Part shown: piece after piece, positions 49,474 to 62,178 of the stretch | Position numbering within the stretch: position 1 is the stretch's first letter | How the letters are laid out: every line of letters begins with the position of its first letter | Assembly: GCA_027604505.1 (NCBI GenBank) | Contig: JADIIX010000014.1 | Location: forward strand, 124,001 to 188,000 | Source: Gonapodya sp. JEL0774 | Taxonomy: Eukaryota | Reading direction: 5' to 3' | Length of the DNA: 64,000 bases | Notes under the pieces: model-generated | What the model was told of the DNA's origin: nothing | The model's input: only the letters and a program-made list of their open reading frames with translations | The model's database searches: none | Translations under genes and position numbers: made by a program

Positions 49474-52322
49474 ATGAGTGCCACCGTTCTGAAGAGGGGA
49501 TACGTTACCGTCAAGGAAGATGGAATCAGCATCAGCAGCTTTATGTGGTCCAGGCGATGGCTGATGTTGCGGGAGGAGACGCTCTCGTTCCACCGAAACG
49601 AGGTGCGCCAACTCTGCAAGATTCGAAGCACTCCGCGCAACCACGTGATTCCTTCTTCCTTGTCCTATCTCCTTTGTAGAGTACGTACCAGCCCATGTCT
49701 GTGGTGTTCTTGAAGGAGGTGGAGCTTGTGCAGCGAACGGATCACAAGGAATTCTGCTTCCACTTGTCTGCAAAAGGGAAGAACTATTACATTTCGACGA
49801 TCAGTGATACGGAATTATATGAGTGGCTGGATGCAATATACCAGGTGCGTGGCTACGTCTGCGGACCTTCTCAAAACGACTCACTCACGGCAAAACCGAA
49901 TTTGGGGGTTTCCAGCGTGCTCCACTACTTGGAATATCCAATCCAACGAATTTCGTGCATACAACCCATGTAGCTTTTGATCCGGAAAGCGGTGGATTTG
50001 TTGTGAGACTTCACCAAGTGTCATGGTTTCCAACCATTCCATGGCTCCAAATCCATCTCAATCTCATAGGGTTTGCCCAGGCAATGGCAGTCCTTGCTGG
50101 AAACTTCCAATATATCAAAGGATGAAATGTCTCGAGATCCTGAGGCTGTTCTGAATGCTTTGGAGTTTTATACCGACCATTTGACCACAAAGCGGGGACA
50201 GTCACGAAACTCAACCGCCTCCACGGCTGCGAGCATAGCTGAAACTGCCAGCGTCACTGACTACGATACGGAAGGAGAGAACGCAGGAACACCGGGCTCT
50301 GTGCGGCACCAAAACAGTCCCACCAATACGTCTCAGAATGTCTCCCGAAACCCGTCCGCGAAGGGTCAGCCCTCTGGTGCTAATCGTAATGAAACCTCAG
50401 TATCAAATGCTGGATCGTGGCGAGACTTGAAAGAACACCTCGCTGGGAGTGGTCGGGATCTCCTTCAATCTCTGACCGACTCCAAGTCCCGTAAGCTTTG
50501 CGGTCCGGCCCTTCCCTCCTAACGAAATGACATTTACATCCTCCAATAAACTGAAGGCTCTCGCTCCATATCTCCAACCCGCATTCCTGCACCCAACATC
50601 AGCCCTCCCCTTCCCACACTCCCTCCCCTGCCTCCTTCTGCTGCACTCGAGTGTCCAACAGATTTTAACGAACTCGAAACTGTAGGAATCGCAACGCAGC
50701 AGCGTGCGCCGAAAGTATATACTCACATATTGCAACCTTCCCTGATCACAACAGCCTAGCACAGGGTCAACACAAAACGTCAAACCTCCACAGGCTTCAA
50801 TCGAGAACTTGTCGGGAACAACAAAAGCGGGAAAAAAACCTCCCCAAGTACCACCACGACCTGACAGACCTGATCACAGTAATAATTCTGCTGACACCCA
50901 AAACCGGCCAGCACCTTCACCACCGGTGCCCATAAAGCCTGCCAACCTGCAACAAACCTCACCAACACAGACATTCGCGAGTGAACCCCACTTAGGAGGA
51001 AGCGCTACCACTGTCGGCGCGGTTCAACTGACAGTGACGAAGCCACCTTCTGCGAAAGCGCCATCACCGACAGCAGTGACAGTTGTGTCCCCAGGGAAGG
51101 AAAAGGCAGAAGGCGGCAAATCAAAGAAGGAAGGGCGTAACCATGAAGCGGATGCACAAGCAATGGAGAAGCTTCGTGAGTTCATGATTCCTCTGCGTTC
51201 ACAAGAACTGTGATGGATTCATGCTCGTGTTCTACAGGATCGATTGTTTCAAAGGGAGAGCCTACTGTTCTTTACTCGAAGGTCCGAAAAGTCGGGCAAG
51301 GTGCCAGTGGCTCTGTGTATGTGGCAAAGCAGTTGACGACCAACAAGATGGTGCGTTGTTCCACGTTAGACCGTCAACCGAGTCAATGACTCGAGCCATT
51401 TTTCGCTTGTACAACCAGGTGGCGATTAAACAGATAGACTTGAATCACCAACCACGCAAAGAACTGCTCGTGAATGAAATTTTAGTTATGAAGGAATCTC
51501 CACATCCCAACATCATCAATTACATCGAGTCCTACTTAGTTCGAAACAGCGAGCTTTGGGTCATCTTGGAGTATATGGAGGGTGGTGCTCTGACGGACAT
51601 TATCGACAACAACTCTCTCACAGAACCACAGATCTCAACGGTGGTGGGCGAAACACTCAAAGGGTTGTCTTTCTTGCACCAAAAGAGTATCATTCACCGG
51701 GATATCAAGTCCGATAATATCCTTCTTGATACCGAGGGGAGGGTGAAGATCAGTAGGTGTCTCCCCGAGGCTTTGTTGGCGATGTACACGGTCACCTCAC
51801 CGCCTCTTCGGCTACCCACGACTCTTCGTCGGCAGCTGACTTTGGTTTCTCCGCACGGCTCTCCGTTGACAAAGTCAAACGGTCAACAATGGTTGGTACA
51901 CCCTATTGGATGAGTCCCGAGATCGTCAAGCAAAAGCCGTACGATGCCAAAGTTGATATTTGGTCCTTGGGGATCATGGCCATCGAGATGCTGGAAGGCG
52001 AGCCGCCGTATCTTGAGGAAGAACCACTCAAAGCCCTATACTTAATTGCCACGAACGGCACCCCCACTCTTAAAGTGAGTAAGTCACTTTTAGAGCTCTG
52101 GTTTTGAAGTGACAGATAAAACGTCGTGCCAAATATCCCGGACAGCACCCCGAACGACATTCCCCACAGTGTCGAGACTTTCTCGCAAAGTGTCTTGCTG
52201 TGGATCCCAAAAACCGCCTGAGCTCTGAGCAGCTTCTGCGGCATCCTTTTGTAACCAACAGCGCAGGACCCCCGGGGTGTTTGGTTGCCCCGGTTAGGAA
52301 GGCTCTGCTTCACAAACGATGA
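49474..52322 (+). CDS. CLA4: Cla4-type PAK kinase (PH + CRIB + STE20 kinase), multi-exon
   Basis: [51 protein letters not shown]; kinase [68 protein letters not shown]. Confidence 0.95.
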
Positions 52323-52480
52323 AAACATGACAGATTCTAGGGTCCGGGGGCTGAGTACAAGGGGGTGTGGATTGGGGGGTGTTTAGCATTTAGTTTTCAA
52401 TTATGTTGTGTCGACAGTGGGACAGTGGAGAAACATGCATAATGGAGCTTTTAATTGTTTGTCTAGCATAAAACATCATT

Positions 52481-55344
52481 CTACACGTTGCCCGCTGTCT
52501 TGACAAGATACTTAACCTGTGGAAATGAAATGGTTTGGGTTGAGACAACATCTGCGAACAAATCCCGGTCACGTCACCAATCGCAACAAGGCTCACCAGA
52601 TCAATCTTCGTCACCACATGGACAATGCTTCCCTTTTTACCGCCCTCAGTTACGACGGCGCTCGAGTGGTGCTCAAAGAACTCGCCCAGTGAGTCGAGTG
52701 AGGAATCAGGGGTGAACTCCACAAACTTTCCAGGCCGTGTGTCAAACTTGAAGGAGCAGGCCGAAACAGGGTCGGAGAGGGACGAAAGGTGACGAGAGAC
52801 TCGGGAGAGGACATTGCCTTGCGTTAAGTGGATCAATGGAACGGGGCACACGAAATGTCAACTCCTCTCTGTAGGGCCTACGACCCCTCTCCGCACTCAC
52901 CCAGAGTCACCATCCCTACCATCCTCCCTCCAGCGGCCACAACAGGCACCTGATCGAACCCTCCACTCTCCAAAATCTCCACGGCTTCCTTGAGAGTTGC
53001 CTTTTCGGACACGGTCACCGCCTGAGGGAGGCGGAGGTCCCGGATCGTGGCGGTTCCATAGCGAGGTGCAGACGTAGCGGTAGCGGCGACAGGGGCGACG
53101 GGGGCGGGAGCAGGCTTGGAGACGGCCGCTGGGGAGGGTTTGGGGTTGGGTGCATCGAGGAACTTGTTTGCAATGAGCCAGTCATCGCTGGTATTGCAAA
53201 GAAGAACAAAAGGAACAACAAAATTGAGAACGATTTCGAGAAGCGTGCTCTTCTGTGTCACTTACGCACCTGAGGAACTTGGTCATATAATTCCGGACCT
53301 GCAAGGACGCAAATATTCAGACCAGTTGAACCCCGCCCTCTGCCGCATTCCTCCGTCAACATAAACTCACCGAATCCGGCAACAACACAACCACGACCTT
53401 GTCTTCACTCAATCCCTGCGCTGCTTTCATCGCGGCCACCATGGCAGTTCCGCAACTCCCCCCACACAACAACCCTTCCTCCCTAATAAGCCTGCGCGCC
53501 ATCACGAAACTCTCTTTATCGTCCGTCTTGATCCATTTGTCCACGACAGTGCGGTCCAAAACGTTGGGCACAAAGTCGTACCCAATACCTTCGATTTGGT
53601 AAGAGTGAATGCCAGAGGCATTGAGGGAGTCGGGGAGAGCGAGGATGGAGCCGTTGGGGTCGGCGGCGACAATCTAGAAACGTTTCAGAGCGCAGTCAGA
53701 CAAGGGTCTGTAGTCGAGGTGCTCTGTGCCACATCCCACCAGTGACCAACCATCGGAAACACTGACGTGGTACCTCCATCCTTTCATCCAATTCCACATC
53801 AAAATGACCGTTTCCGAGTCACTCAATTATCTTTTTACTCCGCGCTCCACCTTTCGCTGTCTTCACCTTTCACCTTCACTCCGCCACTCTCGCAGCGGCA
53901 CCTCCGAGGCTTCTTTCCCGTCCAACCGAGCCCCTACCAGGCTTTCGCGTGGCCATTATCGCTCCCTTCGACACATAAACATCGACCTCAAGCCGAGCCC
54001 CAGCCTCGACTCACCTGAATGCCCGGAATCACCTCCTTCAGCCTCTTTCCAGTTCCCGCGACGGTACCTCCTGTTCCAGCGCCCGCAACAAACATGTCGA
54101 CTTTGCCCCCCGTTGCCTCGAGGATTTCTTCGGCGGTCTTATGCGAGAGAGTCGGGAGGCGGGAGACGGCATGCAAGTGGATAGAGATAACGGTACGGAG
54201 GATAGTAGAGGAGAGAAACGATGGGGAAGGATACTCACGGTGAGGTAGTGAGCCATGGGGTTGTGTGGGTTGTTGTATTGGTCAGGAATCCACGAGTTTG
54301 GAATCTCTTGGTTGAGGCGTTTGGCAACACCTGGTCGACGGGAAGGGGTGGGGGGCAAAGGAAGAGGAGAAGTGATGTGTAAGACCTTCATTGAATGACT
54401 CGGAAACAGAGACTGAAGGCTGTGAAATCCGAATTTTGGAAATCCTCGATCTGACTGTGGGGACAACTATGCTTCCGAAACCTAAGGATCAGTCCTGTCT
54501 GGTGCTCTTCCGGACGTGACGTCCTGATCAATTCAGCAAACTCGGCATAGTTTCAATTATTTCAATAATATGGCAATCATTCTGGCATGGTATGGCCCGG
54601 GGTGTGAGTTTCCCTCTGGGCGTCTGGCACCGTTGAACGTCTCCGTCGATGCCGGGCAGTGGCCCATCCATAACCACTGTCAACGCACCAATGTGAGATT
54701 CAGGTGAGTCCCATGCCGCCTCTGTCGGAGTTCGGATGATCTCTGCGCCGAGAGCCTTGAGCACGTCGACCTTCTCCTTTGACATCTTCTCCGGGAGTGT
54801 GATGATTGTCCTGTAGCCCCTGACGGCACCAGTAAGTGCCAATCCGATGCCAGTGTTTCCAGATGTAGGTTCAATGATCGTGGTCACGCCTGGTTTGATT
54901 CGGCCGTCTTTCTCTGCCTCGAGAATCATGCGACGACCGATACGGTCCTTCACGGATCCACCGGCGTTGAAGAACTCGCATTTGGCCACTAGTTGAGCGC
55001 GAGAGACCAAAGAAGGAGATGTATTTGAAAAGGAGACGAGTACCGGATGTGTGAGGAGTGTGCTTAGGAAACAACCTTGGAAGGCAAGGCCATCAACCCA
55101 CGGACGGTGCACTTGATTCCCAGCGACTGCGGAATACGGTTGAGACGCACGAGAGGCGTGTTGCCTGTCCAAGATAATCAGAGGTCAGCCGGGGGTCACA
55201 GCGCCATATTCTCGGGTCCTCGTGAATGGAAGACCTCCGTTCTGGCAGCCGCGCATCAACCGCTGACATGGCGGCATCTGCTCGTCCAAACGCACCGATT
55301 GCATCGAGAACGCTGTCAAGAACGTGCGGTGCTTCTGGGGGCAT
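52481..55344 (-). CDS. CYS4: Cystathionine beta-synthase (fungal, heme-less type) with C-terminal CBS domains, multi-exon
   Basis: [30 protein letters not shown] (PLP lysine); [88 protein letters not shown]. Confidence 0.96.
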
Positions 55345-55483
55345 CGCGGCGATTGATTCAAATTAAAAGCTTTTTGTGGGGAAAGTTAGTTTGGGGAGTT
55401 TTCTCATTTGCAGTTTCTTCCGTCATCATTTCGGCTCAGCAACAGCCAATTACTGTGTGAGCCTCAAGCAACAGATGTGTGTT

Positions 55484-55497
55484 AAAGCACGTGCTTT
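55484..55497. promoter_or_regulatory. Perfect 14-bp palindrome AAAGCACGTGCTTT (E-box core) in the divergent CBS promoter
   Basis: Read directly about 140 bp upstream of the CBS ATG; function inferred only. Confidence 0.35.
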
Positions 55498-55574
55498 GAA
55501 CATTTACCAATATGAATAGAAAGTAGGTTCATCTAGTTTCAGCCACTCGCTGGTCCCCCTGGTACAATAATGCG

Positions 55575-56663
55575 ATGGACTTCGTAGGGAATTGTTCAGT
55601 AATCGCTTCCGGTATCGATGGTTTCGCTTCTCTGCTCCAACAGTGAGTTAACTGCTCATGTGGATTGTGCTCCGCGTATGCTCAAGTTAACTACAACATT
55701 CTTCGCGCCGTCCCATTCGCTACTTTGCCCATTCAAAAGAAACGACTTGACTCCAAGATCACAGTCTGTTTAGATCATCTTTCAATGTGTCTATTCCTTC
55801 ATTTTTATTCGACTCGGTTCATCCCACTATTGCTCTCCTCCTCCCCACACAACCACACACGCCTGCGTTCCTGTCCGACACTATTACCAGTGACACAAAC
55901 GTTTCACGGTCAAAGTTGCTCGAAAGGGCTAAATGGGAGTCGGGCATCGACGCTACGTACTACAATGTTGCTGTGTGTGGGGACTCCTTGAAGGGTAAGA
56001 GGGCAGTGGTCGACGTGTGAGTCCGTTCCCTCTCCACCGGGCTTGGGTTGCCATTCTGCGCCATCGGTGATCTGCAAGTTTCCTCAACGGCAACACCTTC
56101 ATCTCTTTTACGTGCCAAGTCTCCGTGACTTCGTCACTGTTCCCTGCGACCATTCAGCTTCTGCCCCCCCAATCACCCCTCAGTCTCCTGGCACTCCCAA
56201 ACTTACGTGCGTAGAATATCATTCGTGCAGGCGACCCTCACTCAACCTGAACCTTTTTAAACTACATTCGCTGCTCTTTCCTTTTGCTTGTCTCTCGCTC
56301 TCGGTTCTCCTAACAGCATGTACGAGATCGAGCACTCCCCGACCCGTCTGTACGTTCTACCCCCCGCGGGAACTCTGGAGCATCCTTTGGCGACTTTTTT
56401 TGACGATACAATGCTCTACATTTTCGATGTTGTTGTGCTCGTAACGAACGAAAAGTGAGTGACAATAGTACCACCGGACGTTGGTGTTCGCGTTGTGGTG
56501 AACCCGCTGAAAGCAGGACAATCACATCTTCAACTCGATGGAGATCGAGCTCTCAAGGAGGCTGCATCGATACGAGATTCCCGTGGTCTTTGTAGCGTGC
56601 AAAGATGAAGATCTTCTCCTCGACAAGATCGCTAGCCCTGCCCTTCCGACCAACAAGCTTTGA
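55575..56663 (+). CDS. Degenerate CPLANE2/RSG1-like small GTPase (gene model uncertain, possibly pseudogene)
   Basis: KLLERAKWESGIDATYYNVAVCGDSLKGKRAVV resembles the CPLANE2 N-terminus/P-loop region as recalled; later IPVVFVACKD resembles G4; GT-AG sites present but 3' exon frames do not reconcile. Confidence 0.4.
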
Positions 56664-57267
56664 TGAGACACAATCTCCCCACTTCCACGTGAGTAGAACG
56701 TAAGCCCTCGCTGAACTCTCAACCATACTCGTTTGAACTTTGCTTCTCTCACTGGATTCTCTCGTCGGTGATTGCAGTTCTCAAAACCAGGAGACACACC
56801 AGCTCTGTTGCACGACGGACCAAGATAGCTTCGTCATCAAAGTGGCTTCACTTGCCCTTGTACGGCGAGGAGTTCTCCTGGCGAGTGATATGATCAAAAT
56901 TTACAAGTAACCTTATGATTTATGCTTTTACATCCGATCTACCCCAATCCCCAAACGGGGCTGCAAGAGAAAGATCGCCAGTTCTTTCTCAGGTCCATTT
57001 ACAAAAAATTACAAAAGTTTTCTTTTCCAATATATTCATTCGTTCTGCGTGATTGTCTCGTTATGATCACGTGACGCCAACGGGCCGATCAACCTGCAGG
57101 TTCACAAGCGCAAATCGCCACTCGCCAATCGCCAGTCGCCCACGACAACTAACTCCACGATGTTTTCGCCGCTCCTTCTTCCCACTCTTTCAAAGTGAGC
57201 TCCAGCGTGCAAAAGCAGGAAATCATTCAAAGTAAGCGCTGATGACCCGATCCACCACAGATCCACC

Positions 57268-59523
57268 ATGCCAACCAGGGCTCCAGCCGCTAAACGCTCG
57301 TCCAAGCCCCGCGTCCCGTCGGTATCCTCTGAACTGAAGTCAGATGTCCGCATCGTGGTCATCGGGTCTGGGGTGGGTGCTCATGCGAATGACTCGTGCC
57401 ATTGTACGATTGTCCTGTGTATTTTCCCCCAACCAAATCACTTCTCTTTCTCGCGTAAAAATAAAATTCTCTCGTATCTTTTGTTGACTGTGAATGAAGA
57501 TGTCCGGAATTGCAGCCGCGAGCGCTTTGAAGCACCAGGGGTTCCGGAACGTCCTCGTTCTTGAGGGCAGAGACCGTATCGGAGGCCGGTCGTTCACCAG
57601 TGATGAGGGCTTTGAAGGCTTGGTAAGTGATTGCTGTGTCGGGGGAGAGTACACGGTCGCGAATATTGTTCGTCTCACACCCTCCTGTCGCGGATTGCCA
57701 CGGTTCCTTCAGGGCATCGACATGGGTGCCATGTGGATACATGGCATATACAACAATCCATTGTATGAAGGTTAGCTTCACGTTTCTCTTCACTGGCAAG
57801 GTGAATCCTGCACACTTTTCTTATGCTCACTGGATTCCAAACATATACGTTTCTTCTACCTCCACCATCTTTCCACCTCTCCAACAGATTTCAAGGACAT
57901 TTTGATTTTATCGCAACCCACTGAATCTGGACCACCGGCGGTGTTTCACCCTTATGACCGAAAGCCCTTCACAGCCAAGGAGAGCAGGTATGTTGTCCCC
58001 GTCTCGTATTCAGAACGACTCGGCCCTCACGCTCGGACTGCTTTGACGGACACTGCGACCAAAAAAAAGTCAACTCCTGCGGCGAGTATGGATGAACTAC
58101 GAGGAAGCAAGGGCTTTCGCCATGAAGAGGTACGCTGCGGAGCCCACTGTTGCTCCACTCACCTATCGAAACTGGGTCGACGCTCGGCTTGCAGACGGCA
58201 CACTTACGGCGGGATTGAACCCAGAGCAAGCCGAAACTGTAGAAAAACTCGTGCAGGAAATCTCGGGTTTCGAGGCAGCAGAACTGGACGATCTATCGAT
58301 TGTGCAGTTTGCGGTGGAACGCTTATACGACGGACCGCAGCCCATGTTGCTCTCTGGGTACAAATCCTTGCTTCAGACCATGCTCTGGAAGTCTGGATTA
58401 CTCGTTGGAAGAGATGTTAGGCTCAACTATGTCGTCAAAAACATTGCGCTGGTTTCACACTCAAAGTGCCAGAGAAATTCCGTGGATGATGCCACCACCC
58501 TCTACGATAATCATGCGAGTGCATTGGAGGCTTCGAAATCGGTGAAGATCACTGTTGATGCACCTTCTGGGGAAGAAACGATCTTCGCGGATTTTGTGGT
58601 TTGCACGTTGCCACTGGGAGTATTGAAGCATGACCACACGAAAATCTTCACCGAGCCGCCGCTTCCCCCGTCGAAGGCGAAAGCTATTGCTGAAGTGGGT
58701 TTCGGCCTACTGGATAAAGTCGTCATGCGCTTTTCTGAACCGTGGTGGGAACGCATGGATTGGGGAACTGCCTCCAATCTGATTTCGTTTGCGAAGTTGT
58801 CCGAGATCGGACTTCCTGGACAAGGCTCCATTCTCTTCAGCTTTTTGAATTACTACCGAGTCCTCAAAACTAATCTGACCGACGCTCAAGCGATATCGAA
58901 TGATCCACCGGCAATCTTGATCGCATTCACGAACTGTAACAGCGCGAAGACGTTAGAGAAACTTTCCGAGGAGGACATCACGCGCATTGTTGTCTCAGAG
59001 CTCCGAAGGATGGCTGATGCCAGTAATATAGCTCCCCATGAGGTTCCGGAGCCTCTCCACTCACACGTGACCAAGTGGTCAAGTGACAAGTTTGCTCGGG
59101 GTTCGTATGTATGTGCTACCCAAGATTTACTTTCTCCTTCCCAAATTTGCATATGCGTTTCTCACAAACGATTTCGATCAGTCGTATGTTTCGCCCAAAA
59201 GCGGAGGCCTTCGAAACACAGAGCTGGCGTTTGCGAATCTTATTGAACCCCTTGTTGATGACTCTGGCGTTTCCAGGGTTTTCTTCGCAGGTGCGAGAAA
59301 CAATTTTATATCCTTCGTTTTGAACGGAGTTTAACCCCCGTCCCTTGTAGGAGAACATGCCAGCGTACGACACTTCTCGTACCAGCACGGTGCCTATGTT
59401 TCCGGTCTCGATGCTGCAGATTCAATCGTGAATACGCTGGGACGAATAGACGCACGTCAGGAGAGGAAGCAAACGGTCGGCTTTCTGGGGAACTTGTTTT
59501 CCTGTTTTCATTCTCAACAGTGA
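57268..59523 (+). CDS. Flavin-containing amine oxidase (polyamine oxidase/LSD1-like), multi-exon
   Basis: IVVIGSG/MSGIAAA..VLEGRDRIGGR (FAD binding); DMGAMWIHG..NNPL; ADFVVCTLPLGVLK; GFGLLDKV; VTKWSSDKFARGSY/SY; FFAG/EH..HGAYVSG. Confidence 0.93.
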
Positions 59524-59917
59524 TATGTGTTTCCCCCCCCACCCGTGGAGTTGTCGTTCTTGATGGTGGTTTTTGGTGCGGCAGAAGACCCCTTCGCAGT
59601 CGGTTTTGGTGGGCCTTTGAGACGACCTCAAAATGATCTTTGCGAGAGCGTTGTACGAGAGCACGCATAGCTTATTTTGGTGGACTGAAAACCTGTTATT
59701 CATCTCGTTATTCCTGATGAACATTAAACTCTCATCTTCATCGTGTTTGTATGGGAAAGAGGAATTCTCTTCAAAGAGAATCTAGACGGCTCCCTAACAG
59801 ATTTATGAAGATACAGATAGATTCTAGTGTTCTACCCAGAAAATCCCCCGCCTGCAGTGTAGTGTGGGTCACGGCAGCACGGCAGCACGGCTTGCCCCAC
59901 CTCTCGCAATCGATTTT

Positions 59918-61950
59918 ATGACGGAACCTTCGTCGACCGACCCCGACCAATGGCTGGAACGCATCCGAAAGTGCCAGGCCCTCTCGGAGCACGAGATGAA
60001 GATGCTTTGCGAGACGGTCAAGGAGCTGCTCATCGAGGAGAGCAACGTTCAACCTGTCCAGAGTCCCGTCACCGTGTGCGGAGACATTCACGGACAGTTT
60101 TGGGACGTGCGTTCGTGGCAGTGTGATTTGTATGATCTGATTGGAAGGAGTGATGGGCTGAATTCGCGGTTTCCTGATCCTCGGTCCAACAATCCTGTGA
60201 TCCCACAATGAATCCAACAGCTCATGGAACTCTTCAGGGTCGCTGGAGAAATACCAACAACACGGTACATATTCATGGTGAGTTTTGATTTGGGACCAGT
60301 TCTTTGGGGTGTGAACGGAAGCTGTCAAAGGCCTTCCTTCAGCAAGTTGGACTGTGAATCGTGGAGGTTGCTCGTTCTATGTCCACAATGGGATGACATT
60401 GTGAAAGCTTCCGCTTAATGAACGCTGGTGGTCCTCTCAGGCTCAGTTGCAACTACTCTTGGCAAGAGTTGGATGCGACACAAGTGGAAGGCTCCCTCTC
60501 GTGTCCATGCCTGACTATTGGCCACAAAAGTAGTTTCACATAGTGCACGATGTCTTTTCTGGACGGGCATATCAATGTGATGGGCACACCGGGCCGGAGA
60601 CAAGGAGGTTGAAGAACCGACCTCCACATTCCAACGCACATCTTACAGGACAACAGGAGCTTCACTTACACGAGGAACGACGAAGCAATGAATTATTTTG
60701 TCAGCAGTACTCGTAATATCATTGGATCAGGATGCTATACAGCACAGTCTGACTTTGGCCTTCTCTGATCACGGCTAGGGCGACTTCGTAGACCGAGGAT
60801 ACTATAGCCTCGAGACATTTACGCTGCTTATGGTATTGAAAGCTCGGTGAGTGATTGCGTGTTCACCCTGTGCGGTTCTGCTGGAGCTGATGGCCAATGT
60901 TCACTCAACATTGTTCTCGCTCAAGATATCCCGATAAGATAACATTACTGCGAGGGAATCACGAAAGCAGACAGATTACTCAGGTGTACGGATTCTATGG
61001 TGAGCATTCGGATTTAATGAACGAGTCCTCGGTGGACAATCGACGCCTTCTTCGATATCTTTTCCGGAATTGCAATCACGACCACGGCTTCCTGTGGATC
61101 ACGTTCTAATTTCAACAATTTCAAAGATGAGTGCCTGCAAAAGTATGGAAATGCGAATGTGTGGAAATACTGCTGCGCCGTTTTCGACTATCTCACGCTG
61201 GCCGCGGTAAGCTGAACTCGTCCAAACTGACTCTTTGGACGCTGGCGACACTTAATTTTCTTATCTCCTCTTCGCTTCCATCACCAATCTCTTTCCTCGA
61301 TCGAACGAAGATTGTCGACGGTCGTGTTCTCTGTGTCCACGGAGGTCTGTCACCAGATGTTCGAACACTAGACCAGGTTCGAACGGTGCAGCGGTGTCAA
61401 GAAATACCGCACGAGGGGGCATTTTGTGGTAAGTCTTTGAGAGTGCCGGGCGCTCAGTGAACACGCAATGAGGTTATATATCACGTCCTCCCTCGTTCCC
61501 TGTATTTGTCGCTCAGATCTTATGTGGTCTGACCCTGAGGATATCGACACGTGGGCAGTCAGTCCACGAGGGGCTGGGTGGTTATTTGGCAGCAAAGTGA
61601 CAGCGGAGGTAGATGTTGTGCTTGAGTGCCACTTCATTTTTTCCATGTTGACCTCGTGCCGGTTCACCCCGCTCATATTTGGGGATCAGTTCAACCACGT
61701 TAACTCTTTGACTTTGATTGCTCGGGCACACCAGCTGGTTCAAGAGGGTTACAAGTTCATGTTCCCAACGGAGAATCTGGTCACCGTTTGGAGTGCACCC
61801 AATTATTGCTACCGGTGTGGTAACGTGGCAGCAGTAATGAAGATTGACGAGGCACTGAACGTGGATGAGAAGTGTTTTACTATATTTCAGGCAGTGGACA
61901 GTGGGGAGAGGCCCAATGCAAGAGCTGGGACGAACGGTTATTTTCTGTGA
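59918..61950 (+). CDS. SIT4: Ser/Thr protein phosphatase 6 catalytic subunit (Sit4/Ppe1), multi-exon
   Basis: [103 protein letters not shown]-terminal YFL. Confidence 0.95.
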
Positions 61951-62178
61951 ACGTAGACGCCGTGCGGTGTAGATGTACCTTTGATACCCCTGGCATTTGT
62001 TGTCACCACTAATGTGAATGCATATCTCCTCGTATTGTGAATCTCTTGGTGTGGCAGAAAAGAGTGTATTCACGAAGCTGGGTTCGTCTTTGCCTTGTGC
62101 TGGCAAGAGTGCCCGAATTCCACAAAATCAATTGATTCGAGGCCATCCTCGGGCGAATTTTCTCCTGCTTTTGGTTTA

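Noticed and set aside
56655..56930. TGATGA in the CPLANE2-like frame plus ATGA..AA..GA downstream as possible selenocysteine/SECIS
   Set aside because: The putative SECIS stem does not pair properly and the TGA is not at a recognisable Cys/redox position.
59870..59891. (cacggcag) tandem repeat upstream of PP6
   Set aside because: Under three copies of 8 bp; no spacer structure or support for function.
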